Shown here: in pieces, positions 1-14,128 of the stretch
Layout of the letters: each line of letters begins with the position of its first letter
Numbering within the stretch: position 1 is the stretch's first letter
Source: Iphione sp. A-MEVVRFRX5
Taxonomy: Eukaryota
NCBI GenBank assembly: GCA_976226885.1
Contig: OZ320319.1
Location: forward strand, 39,990,001 to 40,054,000
Reading direction: 5' to 3'
DNA length: 64,000 nucleotides
The notes under the pieces: model-generated
Database searches by the model: none
Seen by the model: the letters and a program-made list of their open reading frames with translations, nothing else
Told to the model about the DNA's origin: nothing
Position numbers and translations under genes: made by a program

Positions 1-3000
1 AAAAAAAAAGATCGGAAAGTACAATCGATACGACGAAATATACGTCTCAGCTCGGAAGTTCAAAGTAATAAAGGGGAGAAAATATGTGCACGGTTGTTGT
101 TTTTAAACTGGAGATCCTGTCTACAAGCTCTCGTGTGGAGTGGTAAGATGGAACATTGAAATTCACCTTCCTGTTTTTTCCCAAATAATCGCCATGTTTG
201 CTTATTCAGGTCATACGGTGAGTACAGTGCGGTCCGCCTCCGCTTTCTCTGCAGGGCCGTCTGCCGCCCAAATAAGGTGACGCTGTTGCAGGGGCTGTGG
301 GACCTCAGGGTGGTACACCTGTGAAATTGTCGTCTGCTTGTCTGGTTTAGGCAGTACTTGTGACCGACAGCGCCGACCGATGGGGCGGGGAACGCAGGCT
401 CGAGTGCCCGCGTCGACAGCTCCTTGATCATGCTCGCTTGGCAGCAGACGACTGTGCTGCGTCTAGTTACTAAGCTCCCATGCAAACAGTTTTGCAGAGC
501 ACGGGCAAATATTGGGAATAACCCTTGCTCCTTGCAAGACGCACTGCTGGACCCCCTGTGACTTATCTTGAAACCGACTCCACAACCGAACGACCGATTG
601 ACCGCTATTCAGCGCTCCTGCTTTTCCTCACATGTAGCCCCACACGATCGTGTCTGAATGATAGAGCTTAGTTTCATTTCATACTAGCAAGTGAGACTCA
701 AAACGCCTATGGAAGTGGGCCTCTAATATCGAAGGGGAAAAATGTGAGTAGTGTGTCTTTGAAGTGCTCGGTTGCGCCACAAACCGGCAGGTGTGAAGCC
801 CCGCATGGTGGCCAGGCTTGAAATCATAAGATGCCTAGCGTCTGTTTGGTCACTATGCTTCACACCAGCATGTGAAATGTACACAGACCCCCCCCCCCCC
901 CAATTACTCCGAGCCCCCTTTTCCATTCGCACAAGTCCGCCCTTACGAAATCCCATGTCAGTTTTTAAACAGGTAAATGAGCACGGATTTTATCTGTTGA
1001 AAGAGGAATCAGTTGAGTATGTATCCTTGGATTGCTTATATGATTTTGCAACCGAAAATATTATTTTTCGTTGGCGTTACAACTTGACTTTTACCAGAAA
1101 GTCACGGAAATGGTGCATTTTGATTGGACGGATGTACATTTTGAGGTCAGAAACGAAAGCAAAACCTCAGTTTATAAATTATTACAATATACCAGAAGTT
1201 CAGCTTAACATACACGTGGCTCTAAGCTTCGCAGGAGCTGTGTATGAACTTGACTTAAAGTTTGAATGATTTTCCGAAACAAAGTCACATGAGGAGAAGT
1301 CCGCCCCTTTATTAACACACACGTACCTGTTTAAGGTGTTTGGTACAAAAAAATGCCTTTAGTGTCACCGTACGTTACCTAAGACCTTAAATTCCAAAGC
1401 TGTATGAAACAAAGATACATTGTTTATTGACCTTGTATGTTGCTCTAACCAGCTTCCTTGTCCTCGTCCAAGTCTTTGGTGTTATACTCCCCCCGCTTCC
1501 TTTTGATCCTCTTACAACAAGGGAGCCTTCTAGAACCTTACACAAAGAAGCTATTATGGCAGTCTTAAGGCAGTCTTAAGTACATGTGTAAAAAAGCGCA
1601 GTATTTTCCGTTATCTTTGTCCTTTATATGTGGGAGGGAGGTGTTAAATTGTTGTGAAATTCCAATTTTCGCAAAAGCATGTGCACCTTTACAAAGCCCC
1701 TCCCATCGCCCTCCACGCCCATTGGAAACGTATTACCAAAAATATTCCAATTTTAGCATCAGTATGCATGCAGCAGTTTTATCTACCAAATCTTCTTGTT
1801 TTAAGCTTATCAGAGTTCAGCCTGATGCATGCAAAGCCTTTCTACACCTTAAACTATCTTCGCCGGAATCTTTCCTAATACAGTACACGTGTATGTACGG
1901 TACCTTACAGTAAGATTAATTATCCTCGGTAGATTAATGACGGCCACATACTCCAGCTGTATTTATGTTACGAAACATGTGATTAACTTGATTACATCTT
2001 CTCCTCATGTCCCTCTGAGCATTACGCAGTCGGAGTACATGTAGTTAATGCTGAATGCTGGACCTTAACCGTCCGCATGTCCACAGAGCCTTTCACATAT
2101 CCCGCCCTGGGCAGAGCAGCTGCAGGTTATAACAGGTCCTTTCTAATTTGCATGCACTTAAACTCGGGATGACACGGGCCGCCGTGAACTGCATACATAT
2201 TCGGCGTACCCTATAATTTATCAAGCTAGCCTTTTACAGAATCGTAGCAGCATCCTGCATGCGCCCTCCCAGCAAACCCCAGCTGCTCGCATTTTTCAGG
2301 CTTCCTAGCTCCGCGTGACTCGTTAACAGCTCATCATGGTCTACACTTAGGACTGGCAGGGGCGAGGGGGGGGGGGGAACGGTGCCGACGGCTTGGCTGG
2401 GAGCGGGTGTGAGGTGCTCCCAACGCCACTGTGACTCATTGACTTTTGATGACCACTGTGTAATTGCCACTTCGGCACATGCATCTAGTACAGAGTAGGA
2501 GGAGAGGACTTCGATCAACGCGGAGAAGGGGACATCGGGCGGGCGGCGGAGGTCGGGATCCGGGCGAGAGGTTGACGCCCGGTCTGGGGAGTCGGAACGG
2601 CTGGGCGGAGAGATCACCCTGGGTGTAATTAGATGGCGTCTGTGGTCAGTTGAAAAGGAAGAAGGTCTGATCGATGATGATCGGTCAGGCTCATGGCTAT
2701 AACTGTGCTTAATCGGGGAGGTTACGGTGAGTTCCCAGGACCGCGCCCAACATCTTACAATAGGAAGGTTGGCCTTTTCTGTATTTTCTTTTAGCCTTTT
2801 AGGTTGTATTCCACCTGTCCGTTAATGTTTACTTGAAATCTACTGTGTATGCGATCGTGATGAAGATTTTAGTGAATATTTGCGAGAGGTATTGACATAG
2901 CAATGGCAACCTTTTACATTACACCCCATACCTCTCGTATACCGGACCGAAGTCTAGCAGTGTTCTGATATTGTGATAGCTCAGGTGTCANNNNNNNNNN

Positions 3001-3271
3001 NNNNNNNNNNNNNNNNNNNNNNNNNNNNNNNNNNNNNNNNNNNNNNNNNNNNNNNNNNNNNNNNNNNNNNNNNNNNNNNNNNNNNNNNNNNNNNNNNNNN
3101 NNNNNNNNNNNNNNNNNNNNNNNNNNNNNNNNNNNNNNNNNNNNNNNNNNNCTAATGCTCTGTTTTTACAGCTTGGCGTAGGAGGCCATTCCATTTCTTC
3201 TTGCCTTGCGATGCATTCCTCCCTAATGGCTGTCTGTCTTCTGCAGCTTCCTCTCCAAGGGTTTTTGTGTC

Positions 3272-3436
3272 TCCCTCCCTCCCTCCCTCCCTCCCTCCCT
3301 CCCTCCCTCCCTCCCTCCCTCCCTCCCTCCCTCCCTTTTCATTACACAAACATGTCCTCTCGCTCGCCTACACACTCTATCACTCTCTCACTCACTCACT
3401 CACTCACTCACTCACTCACTCACTCACTCACTCACC
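3272..3436. repeat. Compound microsatellite (CCCT)n and (CACT)n
   Basis: Directly visible tandem tetramers. Confidence 0.95.
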
Positions 3437-6400
3437 CAGCTCTCCTTTCATGTGCGGAAAGTTCAGTTCTACCCCGGCCCGTGTACAGTTTGCCTCTAGC
3501 CTACCGCTATCTGCTGATCGTGATGAGGCTATGCGAGTGGCAATCTGTCCGCCTTCTCTGACAGCCATACTAACCTGTCACCTGTTTCCCAGGCTAACGA
3601 CGTGTAGAGTAGCCACCCTCTCAAACAGCCCAGTAAATACCTCCCCCTACTTCCTAAAAAAAGAACGCTCGCACCAGACATCGAGCAAATAATAACGGTA
3701 GCCAGTGGCAATTTACGCTCAGATTTCATTTATCACCCACCTCAGGGCGGGAGCGTCCTTGCTGAAACACGGAGCAACACGTGCGCCTCCCTTCGCTGAT
3801 ATGCTTGCAATGTTGATGGGAGCAACAAAGTGCACTCGTCGACCAGGGTGTCAAAATGACTTCAAGTCATATACGTGCCCCAAGGTAAAGCTGTGCTGAG
3901 CAGAGATTGAGCGAGCGACGGGCGATAGAAGGGAGGCAAGGAGCGGTGCTGCTCGGGGAAAACAGGGGGAGAAGATGGTAGACGCATGGCTGAAATCATC
4001 GTCTTATACCGGAGGAGGAAAAGAAGGTAGGGGGGGATTTAATTTTGAGCCATACAGATGTAAAGACGGGACGGAGAAAGTGCGGTTTGCGCCTGGCGGC
4101 TCGTTATCTTAAGTTGAGAGGGTTTTTTGGGGGGTTGTGGAAAGTGGCGATAATCGGCGGATCGCTCATTTACTCCCCTACAGTGAGAACATGGCCAGAT
4201 GCAGCGTCCGCCCGCTGCAGTGACCGATAATCGTATCCATCATCGAGAGGCACCCGCCCGAGAAGATGGCCCCAGGAATCTGTATAATAAATCAGGCCAC
4301 AGGAGCCGCTTACATCCCGACTATAAGGCCTAGGGGGATGGTGCACCGAGGCTCACCTGTCGCTACCAACAATTCCTCCAGGGTTGATGGAGCGGCCGAT
4401 GGATGAACAATGAATAAATCAAAGTTGGCCGTCAGAAAGATACAACGGGATAGGTTTTAAGAAGAAAAGAACCAAGAGGAACACCCTAGCAGTAACGAAA
4501 GCATTTGTATAGGCTGGTACGGAAGCACTATGCGTATGAATGTCCCATTTACTGTCTCGCAAAGTTCGATGCTACTACCGATATGAACTGGTTTTTAGAG
4601 TGGTTTTTACCTCACCATGCTAGTAGCCTTGCCATTATGCTTTCCTCATCGTTTCTGAGTATATTCCCCATTGCAGCTGTTAATCATTATTTGTGAAGAT
4701 GATATATGTGCATCTCAGTTGTCAAGCTCCTTTTCTTCATATACAAAAACATGCCCCTGTTTATATATGCGTGTGTGTGAATCTATATCCATCTATCGAT
4801 CATCAATCTGTCTATCCATTTGTACGTGTAAAAATACATACCGGTATAGGCCTACATAATATATCTGTGTTCACGAAGTGTTGCCTGTCGGATATATGAC
4901 AAAAGCTCTGTTATACATGTATGTGGCAGTAAAAGCAGGCAGCTAATGACTTTCAGCACTCCTTTCGCACATACATCCGTTGCTCATAGTATGCCTCTTC
5001 ACCCTGCAGAGAGTTATATGACATATATGTATACATAGAGTAATGTACGTACCCTCCTATACAGATTCCTATGTTATCCAAACAGACATATGTAAAGCAT
5101 AATATTTGCTCTGTGTGAGATATGACTATAAGGTAGAATCATTGTATGATGTGTTTAGCCAGTAAAATCACTTTTCAAAAGAACAAAGTGTCATTTTACA
5201 TGAATGGTCGCTCAAGCAAGACTATCCTAGCTTGCACCAGACGACTTCTGGAAAGAGCCAAGGCTGCTCTCCTTAGAGGGAGTCTACCAGTGCCCTTGCG
5301 AGATCCTTATTAGTTTGACACGGTGCTATAGCTAATTCGCCAGTAGGTCTGACATGTTGGCTTCAGGGAGGGCCTTCGTTCTATTAGTTCATCAATTAGG
5401 TTTCCGACCGGAATGTTCTGGTCATTTCCTCCTTGGCCACCACTCGTGACCCGGGAGCCCACCTTGACCTTCTCAAGTCACTGCCATGCCTGCTTCCTAG
5501 GCAGCACCCAAGGTCATAAGATCAAGTAGGCCACCTTGATTCATGGTCCGGGCCCAAGCCGGCGGCGATAAAAACTAAAGCGTCTCTGAGAGAAGGCCCG
5601 GGAATCGGGACATAAATCTCACAGCAGGTGACTTGATGGCCACTTGAAGGCGTGTTCGGTTGTCATGTTGGATGGAGCAAGGCCGGCCTGCCCGCTTCCG
5701 CTGCCTTCCCCTTTGTTTCGGGCGACAGGTAATCATCTTAGCCATACAGGCAGACAAACACACATATGTATATACCCCAGGATTAGGGATTCTCTGCTGT
5801 GCGTATATAGCGTTTTTTTTGTCGTAGAGATGAAGGACTTTGGAGGATTATTCATTATTCCACGCCTGATTAATTCTACGCGTGCGATGTACAATGCTCT
5901 TGGCATATCTAGCCCTTCTGGCCTTGAAGCATTCCTCTTAATATCGCCAATGCAAAACTAGCAACCCTGGAGACGTGATATGAATCTGTTAACATTGATC
6001 TGAGGGGGGATTTTTTTCCTCCTACCGAGGCCAAAGCCCAGGGGGCCAGGCAGGGAGATTTCAGCGATGAGAACATTGGCCGTATCTTAGCTGTATGTAA
6101 TTAATATTTCTTTGCCTGATAGACTGGTGATACGAGGGCCTTTTCATTATAGAACGTCCGACATGGACTGACATACACGGCGCAGCAGGCAGAGAGAGAC
6201 TATGTACTGCATTTGGTCGAACACAGATACTATGGCTTGAGTGTCACCAGTCCTCAGCCGATGTGTCCTTCGTCTGTAGTCTGGTTTCCCTTCCCCAAAT
6301 CTGTTACACTCAATACGCGATCCCGGTCCTCATAAAGAATTCAGTTGACGGCTGTGCATGAAACAACATCGGTGGCCAACTCAAAACGCCAGACTGCGTT

Positions 6401-9400
6401 GCTCATAAAGCACTGATATTATCGCCGAAACACCGACGATGAGACGGACTGAGGACGTTAATGAAGCTGTCAGGCTCCACGTACCCGTAGCTGTTAGTAT
6501 GAATATTTAGAAACATCTCTCCCACCATTAAGTACATTTAACTATTAACTAGATAGTTTGGAAAATAAAGGAAGGATTCATTTCGGGTTGACCAAGAGTT
6601 TGAATAGACTATCTGATGTAGAATGAAATGCGTTTACAAACCTTACTTTGATTTAAGAGTGATATAGATCACGATAAACAAATCCGTCTGCATGCATTTG
6701 ACATAAGACCGCGATCTCCTGTTAAATTATGGTGTGAATATACACCTGTGTGTAATTGGCATTGTATAACAGCAGGTCTGCTTTTGGACAGTCTACACAT
6801 GCGGCCTGTTGGCCACACAAGTATGTATCGGGTTTTTGAATGAACCGAACAAAGCTGAATGATATCCCAACAGTTGACTTCCCTTCGGAAACAGGGTGTC
6901 TGTATACGTCACAGCTCGTCCATTGACTGAGTTTGAAAGTAATATAATATATAGTACAGTGAACTATATTCAGACCATTTCAATAATTGCTGCAATCTCG
7001 GGCTGAGAGAGCGGCATTAAAGGCAAGTCTGTGCCTACAGTTATACTATTTCCGCACCTGTGTCAGTATGTCTGAGTAAAGTTATTACTTGCTTCTAATT
7101 GCTCCCTTGCCTTTAGGCTGAGGAGCTTGGGATTGCTGCAGACCGCCCCTCTGACCTCTAGCCATCTCTTCAAACCTTGTGGACACTGTATCTTGGCTTC
7201 TGCTCCGTGCGAGACTTGAGAGAAAGAGAACATCATTCAGTATTGGCGATCGAAACAATATGATTTGGGTGTTATCATCACTGAATTTGCAGAATATTTG
7301 CAAAACTATACATTGTCAGAACGCCCCATATGCCATGCACTTTTGACGCGAAAGGTTCTCGCGGAATCTGATTGTCCCAGGAAGCTCGAGAAACACATCC
7401 ATTCTGTTGTGAGTAAATAATTGGTCAAATATCACATGCAGAAGTTTGTAGGCACGTAGGAGTAATCTACGATTCCTAGTTTTATAGACGTAAATGTGTA
7501 TTCTGGTGGGGAGAGTTGCCATGCATTGGGAAATTGTTCGTTGGTATTTTGTAAAACAGACATTCATCTTTCTTCTTTTATTTTTGCCTCTTTACCTAGA
7601 ATGAACCCCATCTGAGAGGCCCCCTTTTGACTTCTCTTATATTAAGCAGACTGCTGTCTGACAAGTTTATTGTTGAGTTTCCTGCGGCATTTTATGAAAC
7701 CAAAAACATAATCCTGTCAAAAGTCATATTTCTAACAGTTTACAACGACAGTGCTTAGTGCACACTTCATCTTTATTTCAGTCAAAACAGACTTGCTCCA
7801 GGGGTGTTTGTCAGTTTTATATGTACAACATGCGTTTATTGTCATATGCTGCAGACTAAAAGCAACAACAAAAATAACATAAAAGCCATTTCAAAGAGTT
7901 CAGAACCGTAGCACTGGTGAGTGAGGAGACGTATTAATGACACTCTTGTCAAAGATACTCCTTGTATTTACAGACACGGTCGGCATCAGTCGGCAGAGGC
8001 CCTGAGTACACGTACACACATATATAACCATAATCATTCCGAACACTACAGGCTAAGAAAATTTTTATTGATTTTCTTTTCGCTGGTAGTCATGTTATCG
8101 CACACACAGCAGTGCGAGTTATAAATCAGCTTTATAGAGGCAGCAACTGTTCGGTCATGAAACCCCCAATAATGGCAGGGTGGTTTGTGTGGCAGCACCG
8201 CGACCCCCATCATCAGCAAAGGTGGCTGGCCCTGGCGCGGCGCGCGCGTTATTAATATAATTAAACGTCAGCTCTAATACAGCGGCTTCCAATACGAGCA
8301 GCCCTAATGGATGTCTATGTGCATGGATGGTAACTTTCAAGTGTCTGTGATATGCCGCTTTGATGTGGATATAGGGTTACCCAGCTATAGGAGGACAACA
8401 GGCAGAGCTAGTTATAATTTTTTTAGGTTATTTTTGGTGATAGATGTCGCCCCCTTCCTACACCGACCTTCACCCCAGCCGCCCGGTGGACACAACCAAG
8501 CCCATCTCCCACCCCAACCCCCCACCCCCACCGTCCCCAATATTGGACCTCCACGGCTGACTTTGATGTATAGAATTCTGCCGTACTATGTTCATGGAAC
8601 CTAGCTGCCAGCCCGGGCTGGGGCCTGCACCATTAAGCGCCTTCTGTCCCTGTTTCGTAACTGATCGATATGCGAGGCGCCCCTCCCTTTCATTGTTCAG
8701 CAGTAAACATTGTACATTGGCTGTGGCTCGTTGTACATGTAATTCTCTTCGCTGATGACCACTTGTGTGGTTCTTAATTAGACCAGATACCGGTACATGG
8801 CTAGGTCGGAAACTATTCTTTAAGTTCCGCATATACATGTATTGGTAAGCTATACAAGTGATGATGCGTTTGTTTGCGTTTGTCTTCTATCCCTTGTCAG
8901 TATGTTCCATTCACATGTTTCGGTAACATGGCGAGATATCAATTGTACAGGCGAGATATCAATTCAAACGTCGAATGTTCAATGTGTCTGGTTTGTTAGG
9001 CCGACCAAAGCTATATTCCCAATTGGATGTTAAACATTTACAAATACAGCCACTTTACATACGTGTTTCCCACAGAAATGGGTACAACGATAGCATGTCT
9101 CTCTTACCGCAGGCATTATTTCAGTATAACGCAATGGGGCCCCTTCAGTAATTGTCATTTTATGGATAGAACACATGCAATTCAGAATTTTCTAATTGTT
9201 GCGGGCATTCAGGGAGCTACCGATCCAATTAACGTATTGCCTGCACACAAGTAGGGGGCAGTAGGAGCTGGTCTGTTTTTGTTTTCAGTATAAATGTATA
9301 CACTTTCCTCATGGCTCTCTGTTCGCCGTTGTTATTAAGATTATTGGCGCAGCGATGAGGAAAACAGTGCGGGGAGATAAGGGGCAATTTCCTTACATTT

Positions 9401-12029
9401 TAATGAATACATCTGCCCAAAGAGATTGCCCACAAAATATACACACGAAATACACACAATATGCACGAAATACACACAATATGCACGAAAATTGAGCTTA
9501 TATGCGAAACAACCACCCCCTTGGCCCGTATGTTTGTACTTCGTGCAGATACCTTCAGTCTGTTGTGGACCAATAATACTGGGCAGTATTCTTGCCTGTA
9601 GACGAAGTCGGTCAAGAAAATGTTTTGATGCGGCGTCCTGGGTAGTCATATTCCGGAATGCCTTTTGTTCCCTGCCATGGCCTGCTCATAGGAAACGTAG
9701 TTAAGCATGCATTTGTCCAACCAGCGGAGATATCTGTATAACGCGGCCGATCCGGGCGTCTCACCCTTGTGGACGTATTCACCTGAAAGTAGCAACTTTG
9801 TGGAATTCTGAGACAGAGTCCTTTTGAAGACGTAATGTTACAAACAGAGGAAAGATAAGTTATTTCTGTGGACGTGCTATCGCACGCATTACATGGACTG
9901 CTGAGTTATAACATACGGTTGGCCACCTAGCAGCATCACCAACATACACCACTGTGAGATTTAAATACTTTTTCTTGATCTTTCCTATATATAATGCTGT
10001 ATTTGTATGGCAAGCACCATTGTGTCTGTTACATGTATGTCTTGCGTTAAACTGCAGGTAAATCTGTGAAGAACTTTAGAAACAGTGAGAGTAGACAATT
10101 AGAGTGTAGTTTTTCGTACTCTGAGTAGCGACCATTCAGGCCTCAACTTTGGCGATAATGTGTTTTACCCGATTATTCTTGACATCCGCTCAGCTTTTCT
10201 ATAGGGTGCTTGAAAAAGTTTAACCCCTTCCTCCATACTTTGCCGCAGGTTTCGAGAAATGTCGCGGACTGACACTGGTTGAATCCATCTAGTAATGTTA
10301 CCCCTANNNNNNNNNNNNNNNNNNNNNNNNNNNNNNNNNNNNNNNNNNNNNNNNNNNNNNNNNNNNNNNNNNNNNNNNNNNNNNNNNNNNNNNNNNNNNN
10401 NNNNNNNNNNNNNNNNNNNNNNNNNNNNNNNNNNNNNNNNNNNNNNNNNNNNNTTGGCTCCTTACTCAGCTCGTTACCCAAGTTGAACTAAATGTCCCCA
10501 ATCTGTCAGGCCCCATCCGTCGGTTGAGCAGGTTGAGCAGGTGAACCACTCTGCTCGTGAGTCGCTGCCAACAACATCTTCATTTCCATCGCTGCCGACG
10601 GGGGGTGTGCTCTGGCGGCCTGATATCTGACCTTGTCGGAAGCAGACGTACGCCATTACCGTCGGTCGGCCAGTGTGGAGAAATCTCCGTGGACCTCCTG
10701 GCTAACCTGGTCCGGCTGTGTCGGCGGGCGCCGGGGATCTGCCCTGGGTACACACTCCAAGAAAACTAGCCTAAAGCTGCAGCTCAACTCAAGACTCAAA
10801 CCAAGCAGTGCACATAGGCACGTGGGTAATCCTTGGCGTAATATGATGGCAAAGCCTCGGTCATACGGTGAGACGCTGGCGCTGCCAGTCACAAGGATGT
10901 GAAAATAGTTCTTTTTATTAAACAAACAGCCTTGCCAATTTGTGCGGCTGGTAGTATATCTTCCCGTGATTACTTACACTAACGCAGGATGGCGTCACTG
11001 ATGTTATATTCCACAACTGTCTCATACCATGTTGGTTTGAATAAGAAATGCTCGATGGCCTTTGGAGAGTTGAGCGTTACGTTTGTTTTCTTGGGATTCA
11101 CTTGATATGATCCCCTAATTGAAAAGATGATAATGATGCGTCTTGCCCTGGAGATTCCAATTACAAGCGGCCCCTCTCGACGGAAAGGAAAACCAAGGCA
11201 CAAATTTGCCCTTTGTCTTTGAGGACGTGTAATTTCCTTCTTTTCCCCCTAAAGCTGTCGTGGCAATTGGACTGGGCGGGGTTATGCCTGTCGTGGCAAT
11301 GAGGAAGGATAGGCCTCGCCTCACCTACCGGTACCCGCCTGTGATTCTACGAGCTGATGAGAAGTGATAGGAGTTATCAAAAAGCGTGAAAGCCGCTGCG
11401 AAACACTTCCAGATGAGAGGCGGGAAATCGAAGAAATAATAAGAAAATGTTGCGGAAGCCATTGAAATAGATATGAGGAATTTTCTTGGTGCGCCGCATG
11501 ACTTACGGTGGTGCTACTGACATTCTCAACTGATCTTTCTACTTTTATGATTGTGCGGGGAGTATTACAAGCTGGCCTTGTTATTAGTGCCCATCTCCGT
11601 TGCAAGTGACTGTGAAACTAGATCATAGAGACCTGCTGCTGGAGAAATGAGCCACTCTCTGAGTCAGCTGTCGCCTATCGGACGAGCTCATCAAGTGTTA
11701 ACGTGATGTAGAAAACGCCCGTCCGCCAAGGGTGCCGGGACTCAAACGACATCGGCGACAATCATTATGAGCAGCTCATCTCGATCGTGAGGAAGGCGAG
11801 CAAATACGCACTGAGCATGATAGGAGCAAGACTCTGCAGACAGGTCGTTGCCATGGTGACTAAGGAACGCCTGTTCAATTATCAGTCATTGCTGGTTTTA
11901 ATCTTCCGAACGTATCTACCGTATCTGCGCCCTTCCTTTCCTTTTCGCTTTCCTCCTGCCTTTCTCTTCTATCTTTCGTCTCATACTCAGTAGCACCACA
12001 GCCGTGGTAGGCCTTCACCACAGTCATCA

Positions 12030-12665
12030 CAAATGACCCTCCACCCAGCATCATCCACCATCACCACTGCCGGCAATGAATCAGTTCGCTGCCACCACGA
12101 ATGCTACCTCCACCCCAACCACTGCCACCACAGCTGTTGCCAGCAACAACACGCCAACAGCTGAACCAACACCACCAGTGCTATTGCCAGTGCAAGAAGT
12201 ACCCCGCTGTTTCCCCCTGTCAGCCTCAACATCATCAACGACCAAATTCATCACTGCCACCACCAGCATATCACCACCCACCATTCCCACAGTCAACACC
12301 ACCATCACTACCAGTACTACCAACTACCAAGTAGCTCAGCCAACACCGCTAGTCTCAGCAGCAACACTAACACCTTCAACTGTGTCAACAGCAACGCTGC
12401 CACGCAGATATTGCTGCTGTCAGAAACACCACTGCCATCCATTGCAAACAAGAACCCTCCTCCCCAATAACAATTACCAAAAGTGGCCTATCAACATACC
12501 AATAACAACACTCAAGCCCTACTACCATTTCCAAAAGTATAGCACACCAACATGCTAAGAGCCACACACCACCCCCACTACCATTACCAAAAGAAGCCAA
12601 CATGCCAACACCACTACCTGAATCATCACCACCACCACCTCTACCACTACTACTGCCGCCCCATG
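12030..12665 (+). repeat. Degenerate (CCA/ACC)-rich low-complexity tract giving Thr/Pro-rich pseudo-ORFs
   Basis: C/A-skewed trinucleotide-like sequence; the reading frames shift and there is no signal peptide or domain. Confidence 0.6.
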
Positions 12666-13716
12666 ACCTTCTTGTCTACCCACACCTCGCTAGCTCTCAA
12701 TGATCACTCACCAGCCAATTTCCAGCGCCTCTGGCTATTACCTTGCCCCGCTTCTTGGGAATTGAGGGTTGTCACTCTGCACGCAGTGACTTTTCATTAT
12801 CAGAAACGTTGCGCAGCATAGTTCGACCGTAAGCCTATATTTCTTTAAGCCATGGTTCGTTTCATCGCGTCTACTCGACTCTGCCCTCTTCCATTCACAC
12901 ACTCCTACTTATTGTGGCTAATTAGGCTTGACGGAATAAAGATACTTTCTCATATTTAGAGGAAAGATGGCCCCGACTGCGCTCCGAATGCACAGATTGA
13001 ATGATAACAGTGTGGCGGTGGAGGTGCCACAATAGATTATAACACCAATCTAACGTTCATTACTCGCCCTGGGACGGGAACGTTCGAGAGTATTAACGCA
13101 ATGTCGCGGCGGGAATGTTCGGTCCTTCGTTCAGCAACAGGGCTGAGTAATCTTGTATTCGCAGTGCTAATGACGAGAGCAAACCGTTGTCAAGCTCTTC
13201 GCCGTTGTCCCAGCCGATGCCATCAGTCGTTTACCACGCAGGTCGACTGGCTCGGTAACTGTTTGAACGAAGGCAAGGATTGATCGAGCCGGGGACCTGT
13301 GATGGGGAACATGTGGCCAGGAAGTTTCTTCGTAGCCAAGATCAGAGGAATTCTTCTGGCCATTTACTATGATGTATGTCGTGTGCTAGGGTACAGAGTC
13401 ATACCGGCGCCTTCGATAGGAGTCGGATTTTACCTAGTTCTCGGTTTTGTCTGGCATGGAAAAGTGCTCATAAAATGTTTTCTAGCTTGACCCGTGGTTA
13501 AATGTGACGTAAAGCTGTTTTTTGTGGGAATGCCGGTCTTAATGTTCGTCATAAATAAGGAAAGTTGATATGGATATATGGACAAAACATCCGGTTTTTA
13601 ATAAGCCGTGTTGTTGTAGTATCTCATAGAGTATTTGTAGATTGGCCCATGTATGACAGGTTTATGAACTAATGTACAGATTTGACTTATCGCTAATCTT
13701 TTGCCTTTTTTTGCAG

Positions 13717-13788
13717 GAATCTCGAAAATAACAAAATCAGCAGCATAGAGCCTGGAGCCTTCGAAGGGCTGATTAATCTGGAAAAGCT
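13717..13788 (+). CDS. ADGRA3: Host LRR receptor exon (72 bp, one LRR), ADGRA2/3 (GPR124/125)-like adhesion GPCR
   Basis: ttgcag acceptor and gtaagt donor; phase-2 72-bp exon encoding NLENNKISSIEPGAFEGLINLEK(L). It joins in frame to the exon at 58588. The symbol means ADGRA2/3-like, from recalled similarity of the joined peptide. Confidence 0.8.
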
Positions 13789-14041
13789 GTAAGTATATGT
13801 TTATGTGTATTCTATGTCTGTCTTTTGAGCTGTCCTTTCGTGTGAATTCATACGTAACCAATTTAGATGGTGACACCGTGTCTGTCCGTCTCCAGACGCC
13901 AGTGCTCCCTCTCCATGAAACTACTGTAGCGCCCTCTTTTGTGTTCTGCCATCGGTGTGACGGGAGAACGCCTGCGTTCACGTGACATTCGTTGACGGCT
14001 GCCGACCTCGGCTGACCTCGAAAAGCTCCTCTGACCGTTTT

Positions 14042-14128
14042 GATATATATATATATATATTCACAGATAGATAGATAGATAGATAGATAAACAGACAGAC
14101 AGACAGACACACACACACACACACACAC
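14042..14128. repeat. Compound microsatellite (TA)n(AGAT)n(AGAC)n(CA)n
   Basis: Directly visible. Confidence 0.95.

Noticed and set aside
2234-2617. 127-codon - strand ORF, and similar GC-rich patches at 3450-3900, 10480-10900, 11500-11950, 52780-53260 and 53740-54050
   Set aside because: Possibly decayed gag-like or other TE remnants, but no diagnostic motif was recognised.
3201-3692. ORFs spanning microsatellites or N-gaps (also 40276-40620, 51475-52167, 53441-53909)
   Set aside because: Artefacts of stop-free repeats or N runs.
5220-5720. Possible Tc1/IS630-like fragment (LIDELIERRP...ISYSTVS) on the - strand
   Set aside because: Multiple stops, no DDE region and no TIRs; too weak to call.
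9430-9495. Short 21-bp tandem repeat, considered as CRISPR-like
   Set aside because: Adjacent tandem copies without spacers, no cas genes, eukaryotic context.
12076-12558. Thr/Pro-rich mucin-like ORF
   Set aside because: Explained by a degenerate CCA-type repeat; frames shift, and there is no signal peptide or splice context.
1-13716. Search for the preceding LRR exon and the signal/LRRNT exon of the host gene
   Set aside because: No in-frame 72-bp exon with proper splice sites was found; these exons are probably upstream of the window or in a gap.
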